DNA of 64,000 bases from Eledone cirrhosa (GCA_964016885.1 OZ024740.1:188170001-188234000), one strand, 5' to 3'; counted from the stretch's first letter, positions 1 through 11,710 are shown. Notes: generated by a model from the sequence alone, not told the origin. Program-made: numbers and translations.

Positions 1-176
1 TGATAAAAAACACTGTAAAGTGTTTGGTGTTAGGAAAGGCAAAAAGCCGTAGACACGAAGTCGAGATACAGAAAACTATGAACAAGACATGGTCTGCTGA
101 CCTGAATTGTCTCAATGTGAAATCTCGTCTAACACATGCAAGTCTGGAAAATGAACGTTAAATAATGATGATGATG
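1..176 (+). mobile_element. Decayed RTE LINE 3' UTR ending in (GAT)n
   Basis: Matches the 3' end of the RTE copy at 45180-45348 (ggtgttaggaa...aacgttaaa.tgatgatgatg). Confidence 0.7.
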
Positions 177-916
177 TTTTATTTTAAACATTCTGTATTT
201 ACATGAACCAGTAATATACTGGTTCAAATATACTCACTAATCGTTACTTAAAAGAAAAATACAACAGGGCTTTTCAAAGAAATTATTATTGTGGTTGTTT
301 TCTTAGCAAGTGTATATTATTTTATATTGATTTTAAAATAACATATGATGATTCAGAAACGAGTAATAATCCATTACTCTTTTTCGTATTGTGATAGTTT
401 GACCAGTTAGCTACTGAACCTTAAACTAAACCTAGTGAAAATCAACAGAAGTGAAAATTATAGAAATATAGTTTTTTTCTGATTTCGCTTTTCATTCATT
501 TCTCAGTATGTTTAATAATGAGGAAAAAGAAAAAAGAATGATTTTATCAGTTGCAGTAAAGAAAATAATGTATATAGGAGGAAGAAAGACATGAAGGTTC
601 AAAGGTTGTAACTCATTATAAAAAGCATCAAATCTGTAATTATCTTTTCTTTAAATTTCTATGGAAATATCAGTTTATTGATTCTTGATGGTGTAAAATG
701 AGGTATCATTAATATATGTTTTAATAGTTGCTTCAATAGCTGAATTCAATAGCATTATGCTTGCTCTTTTCTAGCCTTTCATTTTTTTTATCTCAATAAA
801 AGTGTCAGTCAACTTTGTTCAGTAAAATCACCATTCATTTCTTCAATTTTGTGTTATATAAGCTATTTGACAAACTATCAGGGATTTATACTAACATATA
901 ATATATATATATATAC

Positions 917-1145
917 ATTTATTAAAATAACAGATTAAAGTTTAAGCAAAGAATCGCTGCTTTCACCCTTAACGGGATCTTCTGAAACTCAGAAGATCCC
1001 GTTAAGGGTGAAAGCAGCGATTCTTTGCTTAAACTTTAATCTGTTATTTTAATAAATATTTGCTCTACGGTTCTTATATATTTGATATATATTTATCCTT
1101 ATCGAGCCCTCTTTGGATTTTAGTCTTCAAATTTATTATTATTAC
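917..1145 (+). mobile_element. Fold-back PLE-derived element, family A (69-bp perfect inverted repeat + ~88-bp tail) in (TA)n
   Basis: 917-985 is the exact reverse complement of 989-1057 (loop aac). Tail 1058-1145 recurs reversed at 1763-1832 and ~18371-18446; the arm recurs at 35359 and 58700. (TA)n on both flanks. Confidence 0.8.
939..989 (-). ncRNA. Type I hammerhead-like ribozyme with CAGAAGA core (family A)
   Basis: Minus strand reads agttt-CAGAAGA-t ccc gttaa ggg t-GAAA-gca gcgattctt tgc-UU-aaact; stems I, II and III all pair. Confidence 0.6.
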
Positions 1146-1359
1146 TATATATATATACATATATATATATTTATATATATAAAACTACCTCTGGAAATGG
1201 CAGGAGATCAGCTGTCAGGGTCCCAACTCCTTCATATTACCACACTCTACTATTCCAAGTATCAAGAAATCTGGTTAGTAATAGTCTAGCAGTTACTGCA
1301 TCCATTCTCATTTAAATATATCATCATCATTTAATGTCCATCTTCCACGCTAGCAAGGG

Positions 1360-1396
<37 letters not shown>

Positions 1397-1423
1397 GATA
1401 AATCTACTATTTTTTTAATAATT

Positions 1424-1454
<31 letters not shown>

Positions 1455-1479
1455 GCAGACACACATAAAGACATTTTTT

Positions 1480-1709
1480 AGTCATGAATTAACGTAGGTT
1501 TGTAGAAAGTTCCACTCCAAGGCACAAGACAGGGCAAGGTATTTTTGATGAAGACAAGCAGTTTCCATTGCATAACATTGCTTGGCACCATTGACCAGCT
1601 GAGTGAACTTGAAATAAAGTGCCTTACTGAAGGACACAATGCCTTGCCTGGTCCAGATATCGAACTCACAAGGATTGTGGATCCAACTCTCTAACCTTTA
1701 AGCCACATG

Positions 1710-1712
<3 letters not shown>
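1480..1712 (-). mobile_element. Decayed tRNA-head SINE (family 2)
   Basis: Similar to 18190-18360 (cagctgagt...gaaataaag...gaactcacaa...aagccacatgcc). Confidence 0.65.
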
Positions 1713-1762
<50 letters not shown>

Positions 1763-1767
<5 letters not shown>

Positions 1768-1832
1768 AATAATAATAAATGTGAAGAGTAAAATTCAAAG
1801 AGGGCTCGATAAGGATAAATATATATCAAATA
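1763..1832 (-). mobile_element. Family A tail-only insertion in (TA)n
   Basis: Reverse complement of ~1076-1147 (agagggctcgataaggataaatatatatcaaa). Confidence 0.75.
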
Positions 1833-1859
1833 TATATATATATATATATACACATAATA

Positions 1860-3720
1860 TCATCATCATCATCACTGTTTTACGTCCGTTCTTCCATGCT
1901 AGCATGGGTTAGACGGGTTGTCCTGTTGTAGGCAGTGTCTGGTCGGCTGACCATGCCTTGCTCATACAGGAACTGATTTTGGCTTGATTTCTACAGCTGG
2001 ATGCCTTTCCTAACACCAACCTCATTTACAGCGAGTGCTGGGTGCTTTTTTTTCGTGGCACCTACACGTCCACTTTACAGTGTGGGCTGGTGCTTTTTTG
2101 CTGTGGCACCTCCACGACCACTTTCGTGGGAGGGTGTGGGGGCATATTGTCTATATGCTTCAGCTTGTACCCATGGGAGGTTGGGTACTCTGTATTACTG
2201 CATGACGCCAGAGGTCACGGTCATGTGTCATTGCCTTTGAGAGGTGAAATTAGGTAAGGTCGGCTTTTATCACCTCATCCCAGGTCATCTTGGGTCTCCC
2301 CACTCCACGGTTTCCATTGACTTCTAGTGCTCTGCACTTTTTATGCAGCTGTCATCCTTCATACGCATCACATGTCCATACCACACCAACTGCCTCTCCT
2401 GCACACAGCATTTGATTCCTCTTATGCTCAGTCTCTCTCTCAATTCACTTATGCTTTGCCGTTCGTGTATGTTACTATTACACATCCATCGGATCATGCA
2501 GGCTTCATTTCGCCCAGGTCTCACTACCATGTAACATTGCTGTTCGTATACAGGCATCATACAGTCTGTCTTTCATTTTGAGGGAAAAGCCTTTTGCAGC
2601 TAGCAGTGGCAGTAGTTCCCTGAACTTCTTCCATCCCGTTCTTACTCTAGTTATTATACATTCTGAACACCCACCTCCACTGCTAATTCGGTCACCTAGG
2701 TAGCAGAAGCTGTCTACTATTTCTACAGAGCACTCCCAGAGATTGGTGGTACTTGTTTCCTGTGGCTGTTTGCTGCTTGCTGTCCCAGCACAGCTGCTAC
2801 ATGTGAAGCCTACATTCTTAATTAAGCTTCCTGAGATCCCGCTACATCTATTGTGTATCCATTGTTTGCATTTGGGGCAGAGAATGGAGTTCCTACTTAC
2901 ACCTTTCCTACATACTAAGCAAGGCCATTTCCCTGAGGGGATCTGGGTTCTGTTTTCTAGTCTACTTACAAGGACCTTAGTCTTTGTCAGGTTGACTTTG
3001 AGACCCTTTCTTTCTAGTCCCTGCTTCCAAGTTTGGAATTTCTTCTCTAGTTCTACCATAGATTCAGCTATAAGTGCGAGGTCATCTGCATACAGGAGTT
3101 CCCATGGGCATCCGGTCTTAAACTCCTCCCTTATTGCCTGCAGGACTATGATAAACAGGAGAGGGCTAAGAACAGAGCCCTGGTGGACACCAAGCTGTAC
3201 ACTAAATTCCTCGCTATACTCATTGCTAATCCTAACTTTGCTGACTGCTCCCCTATACATGGCTTGTACAGCTTTCACAAGCCATTCATCTACTCCTAGT
3301 TTTCTAAGAGCCCACCAGATTACAGCACGTGGAACTCTGTCAAAGGCTTTCTCGAGATTGACGAATGCCAGGTAGAGTGGCTTACTTTTAGCTAGGTACT
3401 TTTCCTGTAACTGCCTCACAAGGAAGAAGCCATTAGTGGTGCCTCTTCCTGGTACAAACCCAAATTGCATCTCATCTAGTTTCACCCGTTCCCTAATCAA
3501 TTGTGATATAACTCTTTCTGTTACTTTCATGACGTGGTCCATCAGCTTTATACCTCTATAGTTTCCTCTATCTAGTGCATCACCTTTACCTTTGTAGAAG
3601 TTGACAATGATGCTACTGCACCAATCTTTTGGTATGACACCTTCTAGTATTACCTGGTTAACAATACGTGTGGTTATAGTGTGACCTACAGACCCAGATG
3701 CCTTCAGCATCTCGGCAGCT
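1860..3720 (-). mobile_element. 5'-truncated RTE-clade LINE
   Basis: RT ORF, 3' UTR and (CAT)n tail at 1860-1874; homologous copies at 53152, 57227 and 43768. Confidence 0.93.
2230..3720 (-). pseudogene. RTE LINE reverse transcriptase (5'-truncated, frameshifted at ~2510)
   Basis: ORF 2505..3830 contains NYRGIKL, QFGF, LEKAFDRVP, GVHQGSVLSPLLF, LLYADD, FCYLG and MLHGSETW. A short deletion at ~2510 relative to the 53.7-kb copy shifts the C-terminus (RNEACMIRWM...WYGHVMRM) into another frame. The first ~37 aa of the called ORF come from flanking microsatellite. Confidence 0.92.
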
Positions 3721-4112
3721 ATACACATAAATATATAACAAATATATATATATACACACACATAAAAAAAGTCAAAAGAAGAGGATGCATTGAAAAAAAT
3801 TCGACAGGGGAAGACATGGTGAAAAGTCAACCATTGACATGTCGTGTATGAGGCAGGTCATCATCCTCATGAAAGGGTAGAGAAGGTTTTTTTTAGTTGT
3901 GTTAATTGATAACTTCTCTAGAATTGAGGGTCACAATTAGTAGCAACTAGTGTACACTGTAATGTGTGGAAATATATGTAAGATACAGCCCCTGTTCCAA
4001 CTGAGTGAGTGGTCAATATTATCAATTAAGTGCCGACTTCATCTGTGAAGACCTCTCCAACCCAAGCTAGCAGAAAAGGAGGAATGTTAAATTGTGGTGA
4101 TGATGTTTGATA

Positions 4113-4388
4113 GATATATATGTGTGTATGTATATATATATATATATGTGTGTGTGTGTATGTATATGTGTGTGTATATATATGTGTGTGTATATATATA
4201 TGTGTGTGTGTATATATATATATATATGTGTGTGTGTGGATATATATGTATGTATATATATGTGTGTATGTATATATATGTGTGTGTGTGTGTGTGTGGA
4301 TATATTTGTGTGTGTGTATATATATATATATGTGTGTGTGTTTGTATATGCCTATGTATATATACGTGTGTGTGTATATCTATATATA
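4113..4388. repeat. Compound (TA)n/(TG)n microsatellite
   Basis: Directly visible alternating purine-pyrimidine tract. Confidence 0.95.
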
Positions 4389-4808
4389 CAGATAAATCCA
4401 CCAATTAATGGTAGGGTCCAAGCCATATGAAGAACTCAATGTAATCCGTATGTAAAAGAGGTTGTGAAGCAAAGTTTAAAATACAAACTTTCAACGATAT
4501 AATTCATTGGAAGCACAGTCAAAATAATACAAATAGTGAAAACAATGAAATTAAACAAAATACGAGTAATTCATAGTAAAACTCATTATTTTACGATCAT
4601 TTCTGGCGGTAGTTCTCCATATGTTCATTTTATTAGTGACCTATGTAAAATACATTACAAATTATCAAAGTAAGAAAATATACATACGTCTTCTCTACCC
4701 GCCGTCTTCAGATTATTTCTGCGGGTAGGGAAGACGTATGTATATTATATGAGTTTTACTATGAATTACCTGTATTTTGTTTAATTTCATTGTTTTCACT
4801 ATTTGTAT
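4389..4808 (-). mobile_element. Fold-back PLE-derived element, family C (tail + inverted repeat) in (TA)n
   Basis: 4527-4587 pairs with 4749-4808 and 4677-4702 pairs with 4721-4746; unpaired tail 4389-4526; microsatellite on both flanks. Confidence 0.75.
4585..4720 (-). ncRNA. Hammerhead ribozyme motif with ~100-nt stem II/loop (family C)
   Basis: Minus strand: CUGAAGA-c ggcgggtag...ctaccgcc a-GAAA-tgatcg-UA-aaataat. The matching stem I strand attattt precedes ctg at the start of the inverted arm (4712-4721). Confidence 0.6.
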
Positions 4809-4879
4809 ATATATATATATATCTATATATATATATATGTGTGTGTGTGTATGTATATGCCTATGTATATATATTTGTG

Positions 4880-4920
<41 letters not shown>

Positions 4921-4922
<2 letters not shown>

Positions 4923-5108
4923 CGAAGGAAATGTGGTAAGGAACCAGGTGGACCATAACGCACCAAAGTACTCAATACTTGAGGTAGTAGAGTGGGTAAT
5001 AGGAACCAGTAAGACCCCGACAGCTGAGCTCAAGCCGTTTCGACGGCTAATTCTGCTCGACGGCTAATTCTGCTTGAGCTCAGCTGTCGGGGTCTTACTG
5101 GTTCCTAT
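4921..5108 (-). mobile_element. Fold-back PLE remnant, family B (78-bp tail + 37-bp perfect inverted repeat)
   Basis: 4999-5035 is the reverse complement of 5072-5108. Same tail and arm as 23599, 49351 and 52263; (TA)n flanks. Confidence 0.85.
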
Positions 5109-5358
5109 ATATATATATATATATGTCTATATATGTGTAGTTGTGCATGCACACACACGCACACACACAGTTATGCTTAAGCACATATAAATATTTAGCA
5201 TCATAAATGATGACAGGTCAAAATATATAAATAGTTATGTTTCATGATATAAAACATTTTTTAACTACATTTCAAATTGTTTATATTGTCAAATATTTTT
5301 ATCACCGTCTCACATACATCTGCATATGTTAAGCAACTCACCAAAACTGAATGACATT

Positions 5359-5418
<60 letters not shown>

Positions 5419-5424
5419 TGTCAT

Positions 5425-5516
5425 TTAGTGGTTAGGGTGTTGTTCTTATGATTGTAAGGTCATAGGTTTGATCCAGAGGCAAGGTAGCATATTGTGGTCT
5501 AGAGTAAGGAACTTCA
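5425..5516 (+). mobile_element. Decayed SINE family 2 head
   Basis: tagtggttagggtg...ggtttgatcc resembles A/B boxes and the head of the SINE at 18360. Confidence 0.5.
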
Positions 5517-5809
5517 TATTAAAATTAAATGTTAGAAGTGCTAAAAAAAAATATCCAATATTTCTGGTGCAGAATATCTTTGCAAATGTTTTTTGAAAAT
5601 TGTTTTTCTTTTTTCTGATTTAGGGGCAGCCAATTTTGTATTTTTTCTTTGTCAGATACATTTGCTTTTTGTTTGATATAGCATATGATTGTGAAAATGA
5701 GTTTTCAATCGATATCCAGTAGATTTTCTTGGCTGTCTCGCAGGTGTTGGTCTTGTAACAGTCATCTGGTGGGTGCAGAGTGGGGTGTCAGATTATATGT
5801 AGACCAGAA

Positions 5810-6025
5810 GTAAAGGGCAAATTTTGTGCAATGTGAACAAGACTTTCATAGTTTCGTCTAGCATTAAGGCAGACATTATTATCTAATGAATCCTTCAATA
5901 TTAGCCACCTATCAGTGATCAAGAGCTCACATTTCCTGGTTCCATTGATATAGGGTTTGCATATTTTTGCAATCTTCCAGCTAATGTATCCTCTTTCAGT
6001 TTCTACATAACATTTGATTGTCTAG
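5810..6025 (-). pseudogene. Decayed PLE GIY-YIG endonuclease C-terminus
   Basis: Manual translation ISWKIAKICKPYINGTRKCELLITDRWLILKDSLDNNVCLNAR...SCSHCTKFAL parallels the C-terminal motif series of the GIY-YIG at 24400-24790. Confidence 0.65.
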
Positions 6026-9000
6026 TTGTTTGATCCAATGAACAACTTAATCATTGAATTATTAAGGAAAGTGGGTAAGAATTACACAAAAATAATAGTC
6101 AAGAGGAATCAGCATGACACAGTGTCACAATGCTGCATCTATAAATCACTGAAACAGTACATCAGACAGACTTCCATACAACTTCTCCTCCACCTAATAT
6201 CACTCTCTAGGCTTGTTATAAATCACCAATAATCCCAATCTCACATACTTTGTTTCATGAAGAATGTTATGTACTCTGGTTGTTGATAACACTCAGATCA
6301 GCCATGCTAACAATTATTTTATTTGTTTTAAATTTATTTAGAGCAACATTATCTAGTGTATATTTTCATTTTTATAATAATAGAATACGATGTGAGAAAG
6401 AAAATCGTCTGCTATTTCTAACAAAGCAAGAACTCATTTAGAAACTCCGTCCATGGCTCATCAGTATGCTACTGCAAGATTATTTTGCTAAAAGTGCTAT
6501 TTTTTTCTATTTGTGTTTATTCCTTGTTATCTTTGCCAGCTAATTGCTAATAATCTACAGTATTTTCCATGCTTGATTCAACTCTCAATGAGGCAACTAA
6601 TATACTTTTTTTAAAAAAGCTTTTCAATCTATTATCTTCTTGTGAAAAGTATATTACTCTTATGGTATCATTATATTTTTCTGGAAATCTGTGATAACCA
6701 TTAGATATGGAGGAGAGTCTTTAAGACTTAAAGTGTATCAATCATGTTTATATGCCAAATAATTTTCAAATCTTTCTAATATAATTCTAATGTAAATCTG
6801 TAAAATTATTAACTGGAATTATTAACAGATAAATTTAGTACAATTACTAACGAAAATAAACCTGTCAGTTTAAGTGAGATTAATTATTTCCTCCGCAATT
6901 TTATTCAAATGGATGATCAATGGAGTAATTTCAATAAAAACTGTGAACAAATAATCTTAAATAGAAATTATAAATGCATTCATGCCACATAAGCTTATGC
7001 TTGTACAATCATCTTTGAGATGATATCTGTTTGACGAAACAATGGACGGTGAATGACATAGTAAATATCATTAAATATAACAATTATATATTGAGATTGC
7101 TATATATATATATGTGATTGTAAAAATCGTTTTTTAGATGTTTTTAAAAGAAGCGGTCGGATATGTTAGCCATTTCTTTCAGAAGAAACGCAGCTAACTA
7201 TATTCTTAATGAAAAATATAGTTTTATTATTTAAGCTTAATGTTTTTATTTAAAAAAAAAAGATAATTGATATTTATCTATATTGATTAGTTCATATGGC
7301 TATTAGTGAACATCAGCATCATTACTTATATGTTTTTAAGCATTCTAATCAGTGGCTAACTGAATTTATAATGGCAAGAGTATGAACAGAGTGACTGTAA
7401 CTTGGTACAGAACAAACAAGACAAAGAGCCTTACATAAAAAGCACCAATTTCTTCACAGTTGTCTGCTTCCCACTAAGATATGCATTGGTAAAAGATTCA
7501 CACCCCCATACACACACACACATATATATATATATATGCTATTTTTATACTATATACATAAGTATATTCTATGTATAGGTATTTAAACATGCATGCAGTT
7601 GTTTCTGTTTAGAATTAGCACTCTCGAGATAATGGTAGACCTGCATCTATGGTAGAAGACATCTCTGCACTACTTATTTGTGTGATAAATTGGAAATATA
7701 AATTTTTACTTTAACAGCAATTTTAAAAAGATGTTATATTAACTGTTGTAGCCTCATATAGCATATGACATTGAATATAGTTGATCATATGCAGACTAAC
7801 AAATTAAAACATATGTAGCAAAAGCCCTCTCCCCCTAGAAAATAATGGTAGTGTTTGAAATAAAAATAAATGATCAGCAAGAATGTAAAAATAGTAAATA
7901 TGAATATATTTAGAATTTAAAGTATGAAGATGTGCACATATTTAGTGAAAATTATCAACAAAATATATTGCATGGATAATCAATACAAATTCTTTTTTAA
8001 GAATTAGGAGACACAAGTATGAGTAGGAGATTTGACTGAAAGTGCATACAAGAGGAAATAAAAAACAAATATATTTTTCATGTCAGCATTTTTTAACATT
8101 CATATCATTCTGTTAAGTCAGACTTTGATGGCAAAATCAATTTTTGTTTTGTTTTTCCATACTAATAACTTACTAATCATGCAATATGTATAAAATATTA
8201 TAAAACTATACATTTTTTTGCCAACTTTCTTGGCGCTTTTAGAAAAAATATTCAATGAAGGAGATTGAAAATAGTAATTCCTAATGTCTCACATTTTGAT
8301 TTATTATACTTCAATCATAATACTTTAGAGAAAGTTTTTATCAATAAATGTAAGCTATCGCCCACCTGGCACTTGAATATTTTTAACCCTTTTTGTTGCT
8401 AACTTACCTAAAACATCCTCTGGTTTTATAAAGCAAAATCACCTCTTTTAAAGGTTTCCAACATAAATTTGAATCTTCCAAAATTATTTGATATAAACAC
8501 CTTTTGTTAAGTGCTTACACATATTAGCTTAATAATGAAATAATAAGCAATTTTAGTAAATCCTTTCAAATTCTTTATTAATTCCAATGCAGTGTATTCT
8601 ATTATAAAGTGGTAATGATAGATGTAACAGATTCCAATCTGAGTAAAACTCATGACGGATCTTTTTCTCCATTTTTTCACTAGTCTCAAAGGCCCTGAAA
8701 CTATGCTACCATTTTTCCCCCAGAATAAACTGTACAAATGAAAGAAATATAAAATATACTGGAAATTATGTTAGATCTAAATAAGCTGTGAACATATTTC
8801 TAGATAAGATGCTTCCAACCATCATTCTGTGTTACATTTGTGAACCACATTTTCATTATTTGTATAACATGTTGATACACTGCTCAATTAAAAAGTACTT
8901 CTTGAAAACAAAGTATATGTCAAATATTGGATCACAGTCACAGACATAAATATTGATAAAAAAATTAAGGTATTTAAAATAGATGGGATATATAAACGGC

Positions 9001-9180
9001 TGTTTTTCTTGCTTCAGAACATTTAGTACTTCACTGACTATGTTTTAGTATGACTTCAAGTATGCACATAAGCACTTCCCTTCTTCCTCTCTATATTTCC
9101 ATCTATCACTCACTAAATATATTTGTGTATATATGTTTGTTTTCTGTCTCATAATATGTATTATTTGTCTAAATGTGTTC

Positions 9181-9216
<36 letters not shown>

Positions 9217-9217
9217 A

Positions 9218-9598
9218 AAAGGTAAACAGAAATAACAACACAATCGGTACAGTATATGGAAGGGATATATTAGGTTAACGCTTGATATAGCAGGAAGAGT
9301 GTCTTAACGTTTCAGATGGTAGTCCTTCGTTAGAAGAAAGAATGAGAAATAAGAGAGAATGAGGGGACGGGCAGGTTGGAATTGGAAAAAATATCTTTAT
9401 ATTTATTCATTCATCATGGTTAAGTGGTGAATCAAGTTATTGTGGTGTTTCACCTGCATATTCTCCAGGTCATTGATGATCCTGTGAGTGCGCACAAGCA
9501 AATTCCAGAGCAACAAGGCTGAGCATTTATCCATAATAAATAAATATGTAAACTCTTCTTTGGTATTGAGTACTCATTTTCTTGTCCATCAATAATAC
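9218..9598. mobile_element. PLE 3'-end remnants between microsatellites, with degenerate minimal hammerhead at 9303-9336 (-)
   Basis: Minus strand: ctt-CTAACGA-aggactaccatct-GAAA-cg-TT-aag (G5 mutated relative to CUGACGA). Confidence 0.5.
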
Positions 9599-9944
9599 AT
9601 ATACATATATAAAATATATATCATTGGTTGAAAATGGAGGGTCATCAAATGTCATGTGGATAAGTGTCCATAACATTCTTATATTAATTATCTGAGAAAT
9701 GTTGCTTAGATTGCATATTCTGTGACTCTCTCAGATACAATGTGCCACCTGGTATTAAAAGTATGTTAATTTGAATGTAATAAATGTATACGATTTATCT
9801 CTCTAAGACTGGAGATTTTGTAGTGGGCTGTTTAAAAATTCATTTGTTGTTTGATATGTTTGGAAACATTATTTTACCCATACTTAAAATCTCCTCTTCA
9901 TATTGAGTATTCTGTTCAAAGAGAGTTAAAGCATGGCACCAGTT

Positions 9945-10145
9945 TCATTGTAACCATTGGCATCAAAATGCATCGAGCCAAAACAAATATTTTCTTTAAT
10001 ATGTCCAGCTTTCTGGTGGTTCTATAAGGTTAGATATTTCTTTCAATAACTGGCCTGTTAGACACTAATCTGGTTCCATTAAAGTGTTACATCAAGAGAC
10101 ATCTGTGAATTTTTGATTTTGTAATTTACTCAGGCATTGCCTATG
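9945..10145 (-). pseudogene. Possible Helitron Pif1-like helicase fragment, heavily decayed
   Basis: One frame with stops: HFNGTRLVSNRPVIE...FVLARCILMP, resembling the NGTRL..VIE..VFIPRI motif series. Confidence 0.3.
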
Positions 10146-11532
10146 AACATGATAGCTTGAGAAAACTGCCTCTATTTAAAATGACTAGGGGAAAAATTTT
10201 TTAAATATTTCTGTAATATTTATTGGATACTAATAAAAAATAATTAACCAAGGCATGAACAAACGAACATCTGTTCCTGTTTAACTCTCATGTTTCTAAC
10301 AAACATTAGTTTTAACAGTGATAAATTATCACATGGAATTTTGCATCTTCTCACATCTTTAGTAGAATATAATAAGCTTGCACTTCTGCTTTAAATTTTT
10401 TTATATAGTATAGAAAGTTGGCAGGAACATTATCATAAGAAAATTGCCAAACCATTTCTTTAAGTAACAAACAAAATATTTGGCTTCGAATTATGGATTT
10501 TTATAGTCAACATTTCTTGAATGTTAATATATAAAATGACTGAAAAGATATATACAGAATTTTTTTTGTAAAGATTATGATATGGTTTTTAAAAGCTGTA
10601 GCTACTGTAAGGGTGCCAAAAATTCCTTCTTCTCTATTTCTTTCATAATTAATGTTGGTTGAAACCTTAATAATCTAAAGTGTATATAATGTGTTTTCAA
10701 AACTATTTTATCTTCAGATAGCTTAAGTAAAAGCTAGAAAAGAACAAAGATAATAGACATATAAAACAACAATTGCATTTACATTTTCTATCACAATATC
10801 TTCTCAGTGCAAAATGTATGGCTAGTTATAATGTAAGTATAATATTCTCTTTGGCATGAATACCTCCACTATATATTAATTTCTACTTTTCTTCATAAAT
10901 AAATAATATTCAAACTGACAGTACTTCTTTGAATCGAACATGTCACTTATTTCAGTTTAATAGCAATAGAAAATATATCACCTGATTTCATATAACAGCA
11001 GGTAAAATATGAACTCATGTGTCATAATTGATAAATATGTGTAGATGTATTTATTGGATTTGTGAGTTCAAAACATTTGTTTTTATTTATTGCAAGGATA
11101 TGTATGCAGGTGAATCTGAGTTAATTGCATTCATATAGTGAAATAGTTAAATGGTGTAGGATATTCTTTCTACCACAAGTAAAGTTTAGCCTGAATTCCT
11201 GTACAAAGGAGTTTAATGGAGAAACAAATCTGAAGAAGAAATTCCATTGTGTATTTGAGTGTATGGGCATACAAACACACATATGCATGTGCAAAACTCA
11301 CACAATATACATAATTTATTGATTATTATGATAATGTTCAATGGGTACATCTCTATAGATTCAAAATTAGCTTCATAGCAATGCCCCAGCCTGGGCTCAA
11401 GCAAATATTTGAAGTCAGGAAAAACAAGTAAAAAATAAAAGAGCATTGACAAGATATATGCCAGGAGCTCAAACCCACACCTTTTGGGCCTTTTCATGAT
11501 GTTAGTATTTCAGCTCGCAGTCTTATTTGCAT

Positions 11533-11710
11533 TGCGATTTGGCAGTATCAGTAGAGGGTTGGATGCCATGCTTTCTAGCATAGTTACGTCCCTTTGCGGT
11601 CTGAGTTCAAATCCCGTCGATGTTAACTTTGCCTTACAGGGTCGATAAAATAGAGTACCAGTAATGTACTGGTTAATTGCTAGCCTTGTGCCTAAAGTAG
11701 AAACAATTAT
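11533..11710 (+). mobile_element. SINE family 1
   Basis: tggcagtatc...gagttcaaatcccg (B-box-like)...gtcgataaaata...gtgcctaaagtagaaac; many copies in the window. Confidence 0.85.

Noticed and set aside
204-226. 10-bp hairpin tgaaccagta/tactggttca
   Set aside because: Isolated and short; compatible with chance in AT-rich DNA.
2743-3375. 210-aa plus-strand ORF (also 44399-44899 and 53199-53932)
   Set aside because: Antisense shadows of the RTE RT frame; their boundaries are not conserved between copies.
4087-5067. ORFs rich in YI/CV/HT dipeptides (also 25006, 36473-36743, 40470, 52151)
   Set aside because: Translations of (TA)n/(TG)n/(TC)n microsatellites, which lack stop codons.
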